In this document: piece after piece, positions 47,852 through 57,944 of the stretch
Layout of the letters: each line of letters opens with the position of its first letter
How positions within the stretch are numbered: the stretch's first letter is position 1
Assembly (NCBI GenBank): GCA_025061115.1
Contig: JANZKC010000002.1
Coordinates: forward strand, 64,001-128,000
DNA: 64,000 bases
Origin: Candidatus Culexmicrobium cathedralense
Lineage (GTDB): Archaea > Thermoproteota > Methanomethylicia > Culexarchaeales > Culexmicrobiaceae
Direction of reading: 5' to 3'
Notes under the pieces: generated by a model
Database searches by the model: none
Seen by the model: the letters and a program-made list of their open reading frames with translations, nothing else
What the model was told of the DNA's origin: nothing
Made by a program: the position numbers and the translations under genes

Positions 47852-48249
47852 AGGTTAAGAGTGTAGAGATGCAATTAAAGACGAAGGGAGAAATAGAAAT
47901 TATAGACTTAACACCTAAAATAAGAAAAGTAGTAGAGGAATCCGAAATCAAAAATGGGGTAGCAGTCGTATTTACACCCGGATCAACAGCCGCCATAACA
48001 ACCATCGAATACGAGCCAAACTTAGAGGAGGACCTCAAGGAGCTTCTAAGAAGAATTGCGCCGAAAAACGGGTGGAGACATCCAATCAATGCGCACAGCC
48101 ACTTAAGAGCAACAATTCTATCTCCAAGCTTAACTGTGCCAATTATTAATGGAAAATTAGCCCTTGGAACTTGGCAGCAAATAGTGTTTTTAGAGCTTGA
48201 TACCCGCCCTAGAAATAGGAGAGTAATCGTGCAGCTAATTGGCAATTGA
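47848..48249 (+). CDS. YjbQ/UPF0047 family protein
   Basis: GSTAAITTIE, NAHSHLRA, LGTWQQIVFLELD. Confidence 0.92.
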   Translation: MKVKSVEMQLKTKGEIEIIDLTPKIRKVVEESEIKNGVAVVFTPGSTAAITTIEYEPNLEEDLKELLRRIAPKNGWRHPINAHSHLRATILSPSLTVPIINGKLALGTWQQIVFLELDTRPRNRRVIVQLIGN

Positions 48250-48262
48250 CATTAAATTATTT

Positions 48263-49510
48263 TTACCCGCCTATCAAGCCTTCAAAGTACATTTTCATGC
48301 GCTGCACACCCTCTACTAGAACTTCAGGGTTAAGTACACATGGCGCAAATGACAGTCTAGTCCATCCATCCATCAGGAAGTCCACTCCTGGAGCTAATGC
48401 CACCTGCCATTTTTTAAGAAGCTCATTACAAACTTTCCGTGAACTCGGCTCATAAGCCTCATGATTGAAGAAGACGTAGAACCCCGCCTCTGGATCCAAA
48501 ACCTTAAGCAAAGGAATTTCCTCCCTAAGCATTTTGGCAGTGCTAGCTGCAACTTCAGCGTAAATTCTTCTCTGCTCATCAAAATACTCCTTAGTCCTCC
48601 TCAACCTGTCCTCATCCAGCATCACTCTAGTTAAAACTTCCTGAACAAGCCTATTGGGACAAAGAACTCTAGCCTGCTCAACGACTTCTACAGCTCTCAG
48701 AAAATCAGGGTCGCTAATCATGTATGCTAGTCTCCAACCGGGAATTCTTAATTCCTTGGAGAGAGTGCACACCCAAATTTCATTATCCCTACGCTCTCTT
48801 GACATGTATCTTGGAATTCCATTGAAGAAGAAAGCTCTATAAGCAACGTCAATCATGACCCAGCAATTTTTCTCCTCAGCTATGTCAACAACTCCATTGA
48901 GAACTTCATCACTAATAATTTTACTATCAGGATTTCCAGGAGAAGTAAGCACTATAAGCCTTGTATCATCAGTAATTAGCTCCTTGAAGTCCTCCAAAGA
49001 CGGATTGAACTCGCCGTTTTTAATTGTGGGCCAGCACTTCATCTTGACATCCAACTTCATTTCAACTTGAAGCTGCCTAATGTAATTCAAGTATGCAGGT
49101 TTGGTCAATATAACTTCACTTCCAGGATCCAGGGAAGCGATAATTATTGCTCCAATCAAATCCGTACTTCCAGAGCCAACAAGAATTTCCTCGGGAGCTA
49201 CACTTCTACCAAAAACATACTTTTCATATTCAACTAATCCTCGAATGAATGAAGGCTGCCCCCTAGTAGTTCCATATCTGCACGCCTCATTAAACAGGCT
49301 CTTATCCTCAATAACCTCTTTTGTAGCTTCAATCAGCGTAGGTGGAGGAGGATCTTGAGGCCAGCCGCCGCCCAAGTAGATTAATTTCCTAGGATACTTC
49401 TCCGGGTGCAGCTTATAATCAGTAACCACGCTCATAATCTCCCTAATGGAACTTGGATTATCCAAAGCATATTTAGCAACCTCAGATACGGGGTACTTCA
49501 AATGCACCAC
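48263..49510 (-). CDS. Class I/II aminotransferase
   Basis: GGGWP, YGTTRG, SPGNP, DVAY, TLSKELRIPGWRL, RLSFA. Confidence 0.88.
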   Translation of the reverse strand: MVHLKYPVSEVAKYALDNPSSIREIMSVVTDYKLHPEKYPRKLIYLGGGWPQDPPPPTLIEATKEVIEDKSLFNEACRYGTTRGQPSFIRGLVEYEKYVFGRSVAPEEILVGSGSTDLIGAIIIASLDPGSEVILTKPAYLNYIRQLQVEMKLDVKMKCWPTIKNGEFNPSLEDFKELITDDTRLIVLTSPGNPDSKIISDEVLNGVVDIAEEKNCWVMIDVAYRAFFFNGIPRYMSRERRDNEIWVCTLSKELRIPGWRLAYMISDPDFLRAVEVVEQARVLCPNRLVQEVLTRVMLDEDRLRRTKEYFDEQRRIYAEVAASTAKMLREEIPLLKVLDPEAGFYVFFNHEAYEPSSRKVCNELLKKWQVALAPGVDFLMDGWTRLSFAPCVLNPEVLVEGVQRMKMYFEGLIGG

Positions 49511-49744
49511 CGAACATACGTTGATAATTTAAGGTATATTAGCATTAGCCCTATCCAGAAGTTAAATCTACATTGCCAACATAACCTATGAAAACAAGCT
49601 TATGATTGAATTGGTTCCACCTTCTTCCACGCCCAACATGACTTGAGTTATAACAATAACTTGATTGAAATAGGGGAACTAAAATTTTAATAATCTTTTA
49701 CATATTTATAGGATTTCTTTAAACTTTCAGCTCTAAAGCTAATG

Positions 49745-49894
49745 TTAAACTGTGAATATGGGTAGTATTGATGTTGCTTTACGGCATTCTTCGGTTAGCA
49801 TTTCTATAAGGATTTGATATTCCAGGTCTTCTATGCCTGCTAGGAAGTAGACTTGGCGGATTCCTTCTTTGTGCCTCATAAATGCGTCTATTAC
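49745..49894 (-). mobile_element. Probable tyrosine recombinase C-terminal relic
   Basis: Frame VIDAFMRHKEGIRQVYFLAGIEDLEYQILIEMLTEECRKA.. resembles the integrase xMGH..Y box. Confidence 0.4.
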
Positions 49895-49946
49895 TCAGCG
49901 ATCCACTCCGCTGAGTTTACAACCTGCTGAAAAGCGCTTTTCAGCA
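49893..49946. repeat. Two adjacent inverted repeats
   Basis: ACTCAGCG-8nt-CGCTGAGT (49893-49916) and perfect 22-bp TGCTGAAAAGCGCTTTTCAGCA (49925-49946). Confidence 0.85.
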
Positions 49947-49995
49947 TCAAGTTAGATTAATATCTAAGAGTAGTAGCAACATAAATTAGTTAGCG

Positions 49996-50238
49996 GTGAT
50001 CGCGATGGAATTAATAATGCTGGGCCTCATATTGATGATCATTGGCATCGCAATAATAGTTGTGGGAACCCTCCTCACAGCACTCAAGGCTGGTAGAGGT
50101 GAAGTAAAGAGCGGAGGCGTATTGCTGATAGGCCCCTTCCCAATAGTTTGGGGCTCCAGCTCAAAACTTGCATTGGCAGCCACAGTAATTGCAATTATAA
50201 TTCTCATTTCAATGACCCTCCTCATAATGATGAGGTGA
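49996..50238 (+). CDS. DUF131 / TIGR00304 family membrane protein
   Basis: GGVLLIGPFPIVWGS. Confidence 0.85.
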   Translation: MIAMELIMLGLILMIIGIAIIVVGTLLTALKAGRGEVKSGGVLLIGPFPIVWGSSSKLALAATVIAIIILISMTLLIMMR

Positions 50239-50242
50239 GAGC

Positions 50243-50671
50243 ATGATTAAATGCGAATTATGCGGAAGAAGAGAGGCGAGATACGTTTGCCAAGAATGTG
50301 GAAGAAGAGTTTGCGAGCTATGCATAGACCCATACACGTGGACTTGCATCGACTGCCTAGAAAAGATTAAGCCAAAACTTACAAGGATGCCAGCCACACA
50401 AACAACTACGCCAATCAACACGATGGCGAAGATATTCACAATCGGATTCATCGTTATATTCATTGGAATGATAATTATGATGATCGCAGCGATACTTGGA
50501 GCCGGTCAAGTTTCAGGAGGCATAGTGATATTCCCCTTCATTCCCATACCGCTAATAATAGGATACGGCCCCGAAGCCCTAAGCGGAATCATAATTGCAA
50601 TAGTGCTTGCCGCCATAATGATAGTATTGATATTAATTCTAACAAGAAAAACGATGCCGACAAGCCTTTAA
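50243..50671 (+). CDS. Zinc-finger plus DUF131-like membrane protein
   Basis: Four CxxC pairs, then TM helices with GGIVIFPFIPIPLIIG. Confidence 0.75.
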   Translation: MIKCELCGRREARYVCQECGRRVCELCIDPYTWTCIDCLEKIKPKLTRMPATQTTTPINTMAKIFTIGFIVIFIGMIIMMIAAILGAGQVSGGIVIFPFIPIPLIIGYGPEALSGIIIAIVLAAIMIVLILILTRKTMPTSL

Positions 50672-50689
50672 AAGAAAATCAAACGAAAA

Positions 50690-51160
50690 TCAGCGCCTAT
50701 ACAGGTAAATTTTGTGAGTAGTCCAAATATCTGGAACAATTTCAACTCTAACTGGAGTCCAGCCAGGTATTTCAAAGTCATGAGACACAACTCTGGCTCC
50801 AGGCTTAAGCTCCTTCTCCAATTTAGGCCTCAACTTCTCATTAACACTAGTTAGCAAGTATAGAGTAACCACATCTGCCTCGCTTAAATCAACCTCAAAG
50901 AAGTTCCCCTGTATAACCTTAACCCTACCTTGAAGATTATGCTCCTTAATTTTCTTCTCAATTTCATAAACAAGATGAGGTCTTATTTCCACTCCAACAG
51001 CTTTTGCCCCAAATTCAAGGGCAGCAATCATGAGAATCCTACCGTCACCCGCACCTAAATCGTAAACCACCTCTCCAGGCCTAACATCAGCTAACTTAAG
51101 CATTCTACGAACAACAGGCTCAGGAGTTGATACGAAAGGAACGTCGTAGCGCAAACTCAC
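50690..51160 (-). CDS. SAM-dependent methyltransferase (aKMT/FAM173-like protein lysine methyltransferase)
   Basis: PFVSTP..VVRRML, YDLGAGDGR, ADVVTLYL, RVVSHDF; start reassigned to GTG 51160. Confidence 0.85.
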   Translation of the reverse strand: MSLRYDVPFVSTPEPVVRRMLKLADVRPGEVVYDLGAGDGRILMIAALEFGAKAVGVEIRPHLVYEIEKKIKEHNLQGRVKVIQGNFFEVDLSEADVVTLYLLTSVNEKLRPKLEKELKPGARVVSHDFEIPGWTPVRVEIVPDIWTTHKIYLYRR

Positions 51161-51342
51161 TCCCCTAAACACGACTTCCAAATCTAAACTAATTTTCTTT
51201 GCGCTCACCACTTTTAAGAGAAGAAAGAAGATCCTTAAAATGGCTAAATCCAACTAAAACGCGGGCAATTAATTGCCTAGCTTTAAATGTTGCGGAAGAT
51301 TTGTTAGGGAGAGCTGCAGTAGATTATGAGGAGGAATTGATT

Positions 51343-51738
51343 ATGTATAGAGTAGACCCAGACCTGATTAAAAGGCTGGAAGCGTGGGTTGAAGATCAAA
51401 AGCGCTTCTTAGAATATAGCAAATTGAGCTTAAAAGAATTAGAAAAAGCAGATAGATTAACGCTCATAATAGCTGCGAGAACAGCCTGCGCACAAATACT
51501 TAGGACGATAAAGGGATTTGAAAATTGGCTTCAAAATCCAGTTGTCATAGGATTGATGCCATACGAAATGGCGAAGGAAGTTCAAGAGAAGCTTTGGCAA
51601 ATAATGGTTGAGGTAACCAACTTCGACATAAAGCACACGAGCGAGTACAAGGACTTCTTAAAGAAAGTCATTGAGGAAGGAAGAGTGCTGCCGCCATTCC
51701 CGCCCGAGGAGAGGAGGAGGCTCACCTATACAAGGTAA
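51343..51738 (+). CDS. DUF2153 family protein
   Basis: ADRLTLI, RTIKGFENWLQNP, FDIKHTS; ATG after GAGGAGG. Confidence 0.8.
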   Translation: MYRVDPDLIKRLEAWVEDQKRFLEYSKLSLKELEKADRLTLIIAARTACAQILRTIKGFENWLQNPVVIGLMPYEMAKEVQEKLWQIMVEVTNFDIKHTSEYKDFLKKVIEEGRVLPPFPPEERRRLTYTR

Positions 51739-51740
51739 AA

Positions 51741-52184
51741 CTAAATTATGTGGTGAACCTTAAAACCCAACTCTTCAAGAGCTTTAGCTATAAATCTTCT
51801 ATGACAATGCCTAGGTTTCCTCTCCAAGCAAAGAATACACACAACCTCCCTTTTCGAAAGCTCGATAAGCCTGTTAATCCCCTCCTTAAATTCAGTTGAA
51901 TTAAGGTACTTCTCATACCCACCACTCCTAAAACCTCCAAGCTTATCTCCAAGCCAAAGATACTTAATGCCATTCCCCTCCAAGTGAACCTTCAATTTTT
52001 CACGATTAAAATCCTCAACCTTCGAGGTTGGGAAGCGCCGAACATCAACAACTAATGTGACTCCATGATCCTTCAGGAGAGAAATAAGCTTGCCAATGCT
52101 CCTTCCACCATAACCTATGGTGTAAAAATCAGGGTTAAACGAGAAAAGCTCATTCAACTTCGTCACTGAAACTCCCAGCCTCAC
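51741..52184 (-). CDS. DUF488 family protein
   Basis: YTIGYG, VDVRRFPTSK, LGGFR, LCLE..CHR. Confidence 0.88.
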   Translation of the reverse strand: MRLGVSVTKLNELFSFNPDFYTIGYGGRSIGKLISLLKDHGVTLVVDVRRFPTSKVEDFNREKLKVHLEGNGIKYLWLGDKLGGFRSGGYEKYLNSTEFKEGINRLIELSKREVVCILCLERKPRHCHRRFIAKALEELGFKVHHII

Positions 52185-52515
52185 TCCTGCTAACTTTAAT
52201 TGTAGAGCCAGTTACGATAACGGTAACTTGCTCTCCAACTTCAGGTTTAGGGTCAAGTGCATCCCACTCATCCTCGGTCAGCCATAAAGTTAGCCTAGGA
52301 ACGGTGAGGCTGCTCGGAGGCTTAAAGGGCATAGCCTGAATAACCTGCTTAACGATAGGCAAAACCTCACGTGCAATTTCAGAGTCCTTTGAAGAGTAGA
52401 ACACTGGAGGCGGAAGCTCCCTCTCCTCAACAAGCTCAATCTTAATCAACTTACCTCCCTGAACATCCCTAACGATGCTTTTGCCAGCAACCAACGCTTT
52501 AAACTTGATCTCCAT
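52150..52515 (-). CDS. Arcadin-1
   Basis: KIELVEERELP, REVLPIVKQVIQAMPF, TVPRLTLWLTEDE, VGEQV recall Pyrobaculum arcadin-1. Confidence 0.8.
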   Translation of the reverse strand: MEIKFKALVAGKSIVRDVQGGKLIKIELVEERELPPPVFYSSKDSEIAREVLPIVKQVIQAMPFKPPSSLTVPRLTLWLTEDEWDALDPKPEVGEQVTVIVTGSTIKVSRSEAGSFSDEVE

Positions 52516-52618
52516 GCAATACACCTCAAACTACCATTAATGTTCACGCATATAAATGTGAACTCGCCGGCATGAAAGCCTTAAAAAGCTGAAACATAAT
52601 TTTGATTGGTGAAACTCC

Positions 52619-53302
52619 ATGAGCAACAATAGAGCCATAGCCATCATTGGAGGAACGGGAGATCAAGGATTCGGCCTAGCCTTAAGGTGGGCAAAGGCAG
52701 GAGAACACATAATAATTGGAAGTAGAAGGAAGGAGAAGGCTGAAGCAGCAGCTGCAAGACTAAGGGAAATTCTAGGAGAAACCGTTAAAGTTGAAGGGCT
52801 TGAGAATTCAGATGCAGCAGCTAAGGCAGACATCGTAGTATTAACAGTTCCATTCTTCGCTCAAGTAAACATAATAAAGTCGATCAGGAAAAGCTTAAAG
52901 AAGAACTGCATATTCATCGACGTAACGGTTCCACTCGCATCAGCAGCAATAGGTGGAGAACCCACCCAAACGCTAGGGGTATGGCAAGGCTCAGCAGCAG
53001 AGCTCTCCAAGCACCTACTGCCAAAAACAGTCAAGGTTGTAGGCGCATTCAAGGAGATAAGCGCTGAAGCACTTCAAGACATAAACTCGCCAGTTGACAG
53101 CGACACGATAATATGCAGCGACGATGAGGAAGCAAAAAAAGTCGTAATGGAACTAGCGGAAAAAATTCCTGGAGTAAGAGCTATTGACGGAGGAAAACTT
53201 GAAAATTCAAGAATCATCGAGCAATTAACTGCACTGTTAATAGGCATAAACATCAGATATAAAGTTCACAGAGCTGGAATAAGAATAACTGGAATAAAGT
53301 AA
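52619..53302 (+). CDS. npdG: NADPH-dependent F420 reductase
   Basis: IIGGTGDQGFGLALR, IGSR, GSAAE, LTALLIGIN. Confidence 0.9.
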   Translation: MSNNRAIAIIGGTGDQGFGLALRWAKAGEHIIIGSRRKEKAEAAAARLREILGETVKVEGLENSDAAAKADIVVLTVPFFAQVNIIKSIRKSLKKNCIFIDVTVPLASAAIGGEPTQTLGVWQGSAAELSKHLLPKTVKVVGAFKEISAEALQDINSPVDSDTIICSDDEEAKKVVMELAEKIPGVRAIDGGKLENSRIIEQLTALLIGINIRYKVHRAGIRITGIK

Positions 53303-53316
53303 AAAAGGGAAGGTGG

Positions 53317-54702
53317 CTACGGACCAGTAGTTAAGATCTCCTCCTCAGGTGGAGGAGGTTTAATTAGACCTGCCTTCATTAGCGCTTCAAGCGACTTCCT
53401 AGCCTCACTAATTATTTTTACAGCCCGCTCCCAAAGCTCCTGCCGACTTGGCTTAATCCTGGCAACACCCTGCTCAATCGACTTCAAAGCGCATGCAACT
53501 GCCTCCCTCGGGTAAATCTCCCACTCATCCATTGTTGGGATAATGTACTCCTCATGAATACCCTTCTCCTCAGCAAACTTAGCTAGAGCTTCCGCAGCGG
53601 CAACGCACATCTCATCAGTAATTGTCCTAGCCCTAACGTCAAGCACACCCCTAAATATACCTGGAAAACCGAGAGAGTTGTTCACTTGATTTGGAAAGTC
53701 AGACCTGCCAGTGCCAACAATTTTGGCTCCAGCTTCCTTAGCTTCCCAAGGCCAAATCTCCGGAATTGGATTTGCACATGCAAACACTATCGCGTCGTCA
53801 GCCATCTTACTAATCCACTCAGGCTTAATTACGCCTGGGCCAGGCCTCGACATTGCAATACATACGTCAGCGCCTTCAAGCGCCTCAGGAATGCCGCCAG
53901 TCTTACCCTCAGCATTCCCCTTCACAGCCCACTTCCACTTCCACGGATTCTTCTCCCTTTCAAGTATGTCCTTTCTATTCGTGCTCAGTATTCCCTTACT
54001 ATCAACCATAATTATGTTTCCTGGCTTAGCGCCAGCAAGCTCAAGCACGTCAGCGCACTTAATGTTAGCTGCACCAGCACCTATCATTGCAATTTTGACT
54101 TCACTCAGCTTCTTACCTACAATTTTAAGTGCATTCAAAACTCCAGCTAAAACGACAGTTGCAGTTCCCTGCTGATCATCGTGCCATACAGGTATATTTA
54201 ACTCCTCTCTAGCCTTCTCTAAAATGTAGAAGCACTTAGGCTTAGCAATGTCCTCTAAATTAATACCTCCAAAAGTAGGCTCAATCCACTTCAAAAACGT
54301 AATTATCTCATCAGGATCAGTAGTTCTAATGCATAGTGGAAAAGCATCAACGCCGCCAAGATACTTGAAAAGCAGCGCTTTACCCTCCATAACTGGCATG
54401 GCGGCCTCCGGGCCTATATTGCCTAAACCTAAAACTCTAGTTCCATCACTAACAACAGCAACATAATTCCACCTGCTAGTGTATTCGAAGGAAAGCGTGT
54501 CAGGATCCTTCTGAATCAACTTGCATGGAGTAGCTACTCCAGGCGTGTACCATATTGAAAAGTCATTGAACGAAGTTACAGCACACCTAGGCATTACTTG
54601 CATCTTACCCTCATAGAACTTATGATATGCAGGCGCCAACTTCGACGGCTTTTCAGCTTTCTTCAAAAGCTCTTCAACAGTCATTTTTTTCACGCAAATC
54701 AC
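53317..54702 (-). CDS. NAD(P)-dependent malic enzyme
   Basis: YTPGVA, VMEGKALLFK, NLEDI, WHDDQQGTA, GAGAA, NQVNNSLGFPG. Confidence 0.95.
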   Translation of the reverse strand: MICVKKMTVEELLKKAEKPSKLAPAYHKFYEGKMQVMPRCAVTSFNDFSIWYTPGVATPCKLIQKDPDTLSFEYTSRWNYVAVVSDGTRVLGLGNIGPEAAMPVMEGKALLFKYLGGVDAFPLCIRTTDPDEIITFLKWIEPTFGGINLEDIAKPKCFYILEKAREELNIPVWHDDQQGTATVVLAGVLNALKIVGKKLSEVKIAMIGAGAANIKCADVLELAGAKPGNIIMVDSKGILSTNRKDILEREKNPWKWKWAVKGNAEGKTGGIPEALEGADVCIAMSRPGPGVIKPEWISKMADDAIVFACANPIPEIWPWEAKEAGAKIVGTGRSDFPNQVNNSLGFPGIFRGVLDVRARTITDEMCVAAAEALAKFAEEKGIHEEYIIPTMDEWEIYPREAVACALKSIEQGVARIKPSRQELWERAVKIISEARKSLEALMKAGLIKPPPPEEEILTTGP

Positions 54703-54810
54703 CTCGACATACTTTTCATATGTAAAGCTTTAAGCTTTTCCACAAATCTGAATGGACAAAATTTAAAGTTAGCACCAAAATAGTATTCACGTAACTATGA
54801 GGGGTGAAAA

Positions 54811-55632
54811 TTGAAGATAGGAGCAATGAACAACCCATATCAAGACCTAATTTCAGAGATAAAGTTCATAGGCAACGCGAAATTCGACTACATAGACTTA
54901 ACAGCGGAAAAGCCAGAAGCGTCCCCAAGCATAATCGCGGAAAAAAGAAGGGAGATCATTGACACGCTAAGCACCTATAACCTCGAAGTAGTAGGCCACA
55001 CCCCATGGTACCTAGAGCTGGGCCACCCATACGAAAGCGTTAGAAAGGCATTTCTAAAGGAAGCCCTCAAAATAATTGACATTCTAGGCTCAATAGAAAT
55101 CACCAAAACAACAATCCATCCAATTCCAGCAATGCTAGGAGTATATAAAGTTCGAAAGTACAGGAGGAAAATGCTGAACTGGATGATAGAATCGATAAGG
55201 GAAATATCTGGTAGAGCAGAGGACTACGGCATGATAATAGTGATAGAAAACCTTGACGGAGGAAAAATACTCACACTAGAAGATTACGACGAAATCATTG
55301 CAAAGGCAAACTGCTACTTCCACCTAGACGTAGGCCACGCCAACCTAAATTTGCCAAGAAATACTTCAACAGAATTCATAAATCACTTTGGAGCAAAGGG
55401 AATGCTAAAGCACGTGCACGTATCGGATAATGTTGGAGGCACCATGAAGGGAGGATGGGACCTCCACCTCCCAATAGGTGCAGGCAAAATAAACTTCAAG
55501 GAAATATTCAAAGCGCTTAAGAAAGTCAAATATGATGACACGATAACAGTGGAGGTATTTTCAGCAGATAGAGACTACTTATTAATGAGTAAGGAAAAAG
55601 TCAAAAAGCTCTGGGAAGAGGTAACTATATAG
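54811..55632 (+). CDS. Sugar phosphate isomerase/epimerase family TIM-barrel protein
   Basis: IENL, LDVGHA, HVHVSDN, DLHLPIGAG, TVEV. Confidence 0.85.
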   Translation: MKIGAMNNPYQDLISEIKFIGNAKFDYIDLTAEKPEASPSIIAEKRREIIDTLSTYNLEVVGHTPWYLELGHPYESVRKAFLKEALKIIDILGSIEITKTTIHPIPAMLGVYKVRKYRRKMLNWMIESIREISGRAEDYGMIIVIENLDGGKILTLEDYDEIIAKANCYFHLDVGHANLNLPRNTSTEFINHFGAKGMLKHVHVSDNVGGTMKGGWDLHLPIGAGKINFKEIFKALKKVKYDDTITVEVFSADRDYLLMSKEKVKKLWEEVTI

Positions 55633-55681
55633 GAAGGATCTATGATTCAAATTTAATCAAAATTAAAGTGGAGCTGAAAAC

Positions 55682-56104
55682 ATGAGCGAAAATGAAGATC
55701 TCGAAGTCAAAAAACTAATAGATAAAATGCTTAAAGAGCTGATTTCAAAAAGAGCTAAAGCGAAAACGTCACTCGAAAAGGCTATGATGTGTTTAACAGA
55801 TGAAAACTTCGAAAAAGCCTTAAAGGAAAACGACGTAATCGTAGTGGACTTCTGGGCGGAATGGTGCATGCCATGCAGATTCTATGAGCCAATATTCGAA
55901 AAAGTAGCCAGAAAATTCGGTGGAAAAGCAATTTTCGCTAGGCTAAACGTGGATGAAAGCCCATTAACTGCAGGCCGCCTAGGAATTTCCGCCATTCCAA
56001 CGACGATAATATTCGTTAAGGGAAAACCAGTTAAAAGAATTGTAGGATTGGTGGATGAGCAAATGTTAACGAAAGCAGTTAAAGACGTGCTGGGCAACCT
56101 ATAG
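55682..56104 (+). CDS. trxA: Thioredoxin
   Basis: DFWAEWCMPC, SAIPT. Confidence 0.92.
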   Translation: MSENEDLEVKKLIDKMLKELISKRAKAKTSLEKAMMCLTDENFEKALKENDVIVVDFWAEWCMPCRFYEPIFEKVARKFGGKAIFARLNVDESPLTAGRLGISAIPTTIIFVKGKPVKRIVGLVDEQMLTKAVKDVLGNL

Positions 56105-56155
56105 AAAGCAAAACTAATATTTCAATTTTTGAAACATTTAATTGGTGAAACATAG

Positions 56156-57592
56156 GTGTCGGCAGAGGATATTAGGCTAATAGAATCCATACTCTCATTT
56201 AAACCCACACGCATCATGATCAACCACCTCGTTAAGAACTGCAGCAAAGATGGAGATAGCAGAGTAGAAGTCGCACTGGAACTGTATTCAGGCAATAGAA
56301 GGTCGGCTTGCTTCACCTGCCAACACATAGTATTGCCAATTGTAAGGAGAATCATGAAGAAGGGGTCACAGGTCTTCCAAGCAAGTGAAGAAAAATTGAA
56401 GGAGCTGTTCGGTCAACCTCACTGGAGAAAAGGATTTACAAGCATGCTAAAAGGAATGGCGAAATTCGGAGTGAAAAAACCATTCACTCCGGGAGCTCCA
56501 CTTCTAGTTGTTTGGGACTTCACCTACAAGTGTAACTTGAAATGCAAGCACTGCTACAGCTCATCGGGAAAACCCAAGACGAGTGAAATGACGACGGAGG
56601 AAGCGCTCGAAACCGTCAAGAAACTCGCAGAAGCTGATGTTTCGGTAGTAGCGTTTTCAGGCGGAGAGCCGCTAATTAGGAAAGACTTCTTCCAAGTAGC
56701 AAAGGCAGCTCACGACTATGGTATGTACGTTGCAATAGCCACAAATGCAACTCTAATAACCAGAGAAGTAGCAAGGAGACTGAAGGAAAGTGGAGTAAGC
56801 TACGCTCAAATAAGCCTAGACGGAGCAACGGCAAAAACCCACGACTCATTTAGAGGAGTTTCGGGAGCATTCGATCAAACAATAAAGGGAATTGAAAACT
56901 GCATCGAGGAAGGACTCTTCGTCGAAGTTGCAACGACAATTACAAAGCACAACTACAAAGAATTACGGGAAATCATAGAACTATGCAGAAAAATGAAAGT
57001 TCCATGGCTAATGATATACAACTTCGTTCCAACAGGAAGAGGCAAAGAAATAATAGAACTTGATTTAACGCCAAGCGAAAGGGAGAAAGTTCTCAGAGAA
57101 CTAGTAACGTTAACTTACATGCAAAGCGAATTAACGTTCCTATCAACAGCACCCCAATATGCTAGAGTTTCACTTCAAATCGCCGAGGAAGCAAAAGGCG
57201 GAAAATTGATAATGCCAACCCACTTCTGCAACCTTCCAGCCACAAGCGAAGTAATGAGGATAGCAGACTTCATAGGCGGCTGCGGCGCTGGAAGAATGTA
57301 CTGCAGCCTAAAGCCAGATGGATCCATTCAGCCCTGCGTCTTCCTCCCAATAAAGGTAGGAAACATACTGAAAGACGACTTCGAAGAACTGTGGGAAAAT
57401 AATAAAGTATTTAATGACTTAAGAGACAGAGAAAAACTGAAAGGCACGTGCAGAAACTGCGACTATAAGTACGTATGTGGAGGGTGCAGAGCAAGAGCAT
57501 ACGCATACTTCGGAGATTATCTCGCTCCAGATCCCGGCTGCATACTCAACGAGCAATATTGGAGGGAAGCCATTGGAAATAAATATAATTGA
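56156..57592 (+). CDS. Radical SAM/SPASM domain protein
   Basis: CNLKCKHC, SGGEP, GCGAG..PC..CRNC..CGGCRARA. Confidence 0.92.
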   Translation: MSAEDIRLIESILSFKPTRIMINHLVKNCSKDGDSRVEVALELYSGNRRSACFTCQHIVLPIVRRIMKKGSQVFQASEEKLKELFGQPHWRKGFTSMLKGMAKFGVKKPFTPGAPLLVVWDFTYKCNLKCKHCYSSSGKPKTSEMTTEEALETVKKLAEADVSVVAFSGGEPLIRKDFFQVAKAAHDYGMYVAIATNATLITREVARRLKESGVSYAQISLDGATAKTHDSFRGVSGAFDQTIKGIENCIEEGLFVEVATTITKHNYKELREIIELCRKMKVPWLMIYNFVPTGRGKEIIELDLTPSEREKVLRELVTLTYMQSELTFLSTAPQYARVSLQIAEEAKGGKLIMPTHFCNLPATSEVMRIADFIGGCGAGRMYCSLKPDGSIQPCVFLPIKVGNILKDDFEELWENNKVFNDLRDREKLKGTCRNCDYKYVCGGCRARAYAYFGDYLAPDPGCILNEQYWREAIGNKYN

Positions 57593-57908
57593 GGAAGTAG
57601 CAAGGGGATTATTCGTTGCAGTAGTTCTTTGGCTGCTCTCGAAGAAGCCCATGTATGGATATGAAATCATGAAAAACTTGGCGGAAATTTCAGATAAAAA
57701 AGTAGGGCCAAGCGTAGTCTACACCCTCCTATACAGGCTTGAAGAAGCCGAACTCATAAAGGGATTCTGGAGAAAAGTCAGCAAGAGAAGGAGAGTAAGA
57801 TACTACACCATTACAAGCAAGGGGCAGGACGTTCTAGATAAGCTCAAGAAAACCCTCAAGAATAAATTTGGAGAATTCATTGAAGAACTACTTGAAGAAA
57901 GCAGCTAA
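57573..57908 (+). CDS. PadR family transcriptional regulator
   Basis: PMYGYEI, VYTLLYRLE, RYYTITSKG; TTG after GGAGG. Confidence 0.88.
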   Translation: MEINIIEEVARGLFVAVVLWLLSKKPMYGYEIMKNLAEISDKKVGPSVVYTLLYRLEEAELIKGFWRKVSKRRRVRYYTITSKGQDVLDKLKKTLKNKFGEFIEELLEESS

Positions 57909-57944
57909 CCAATTTAAGCATAAATCAACCTCAATTATTATCAG

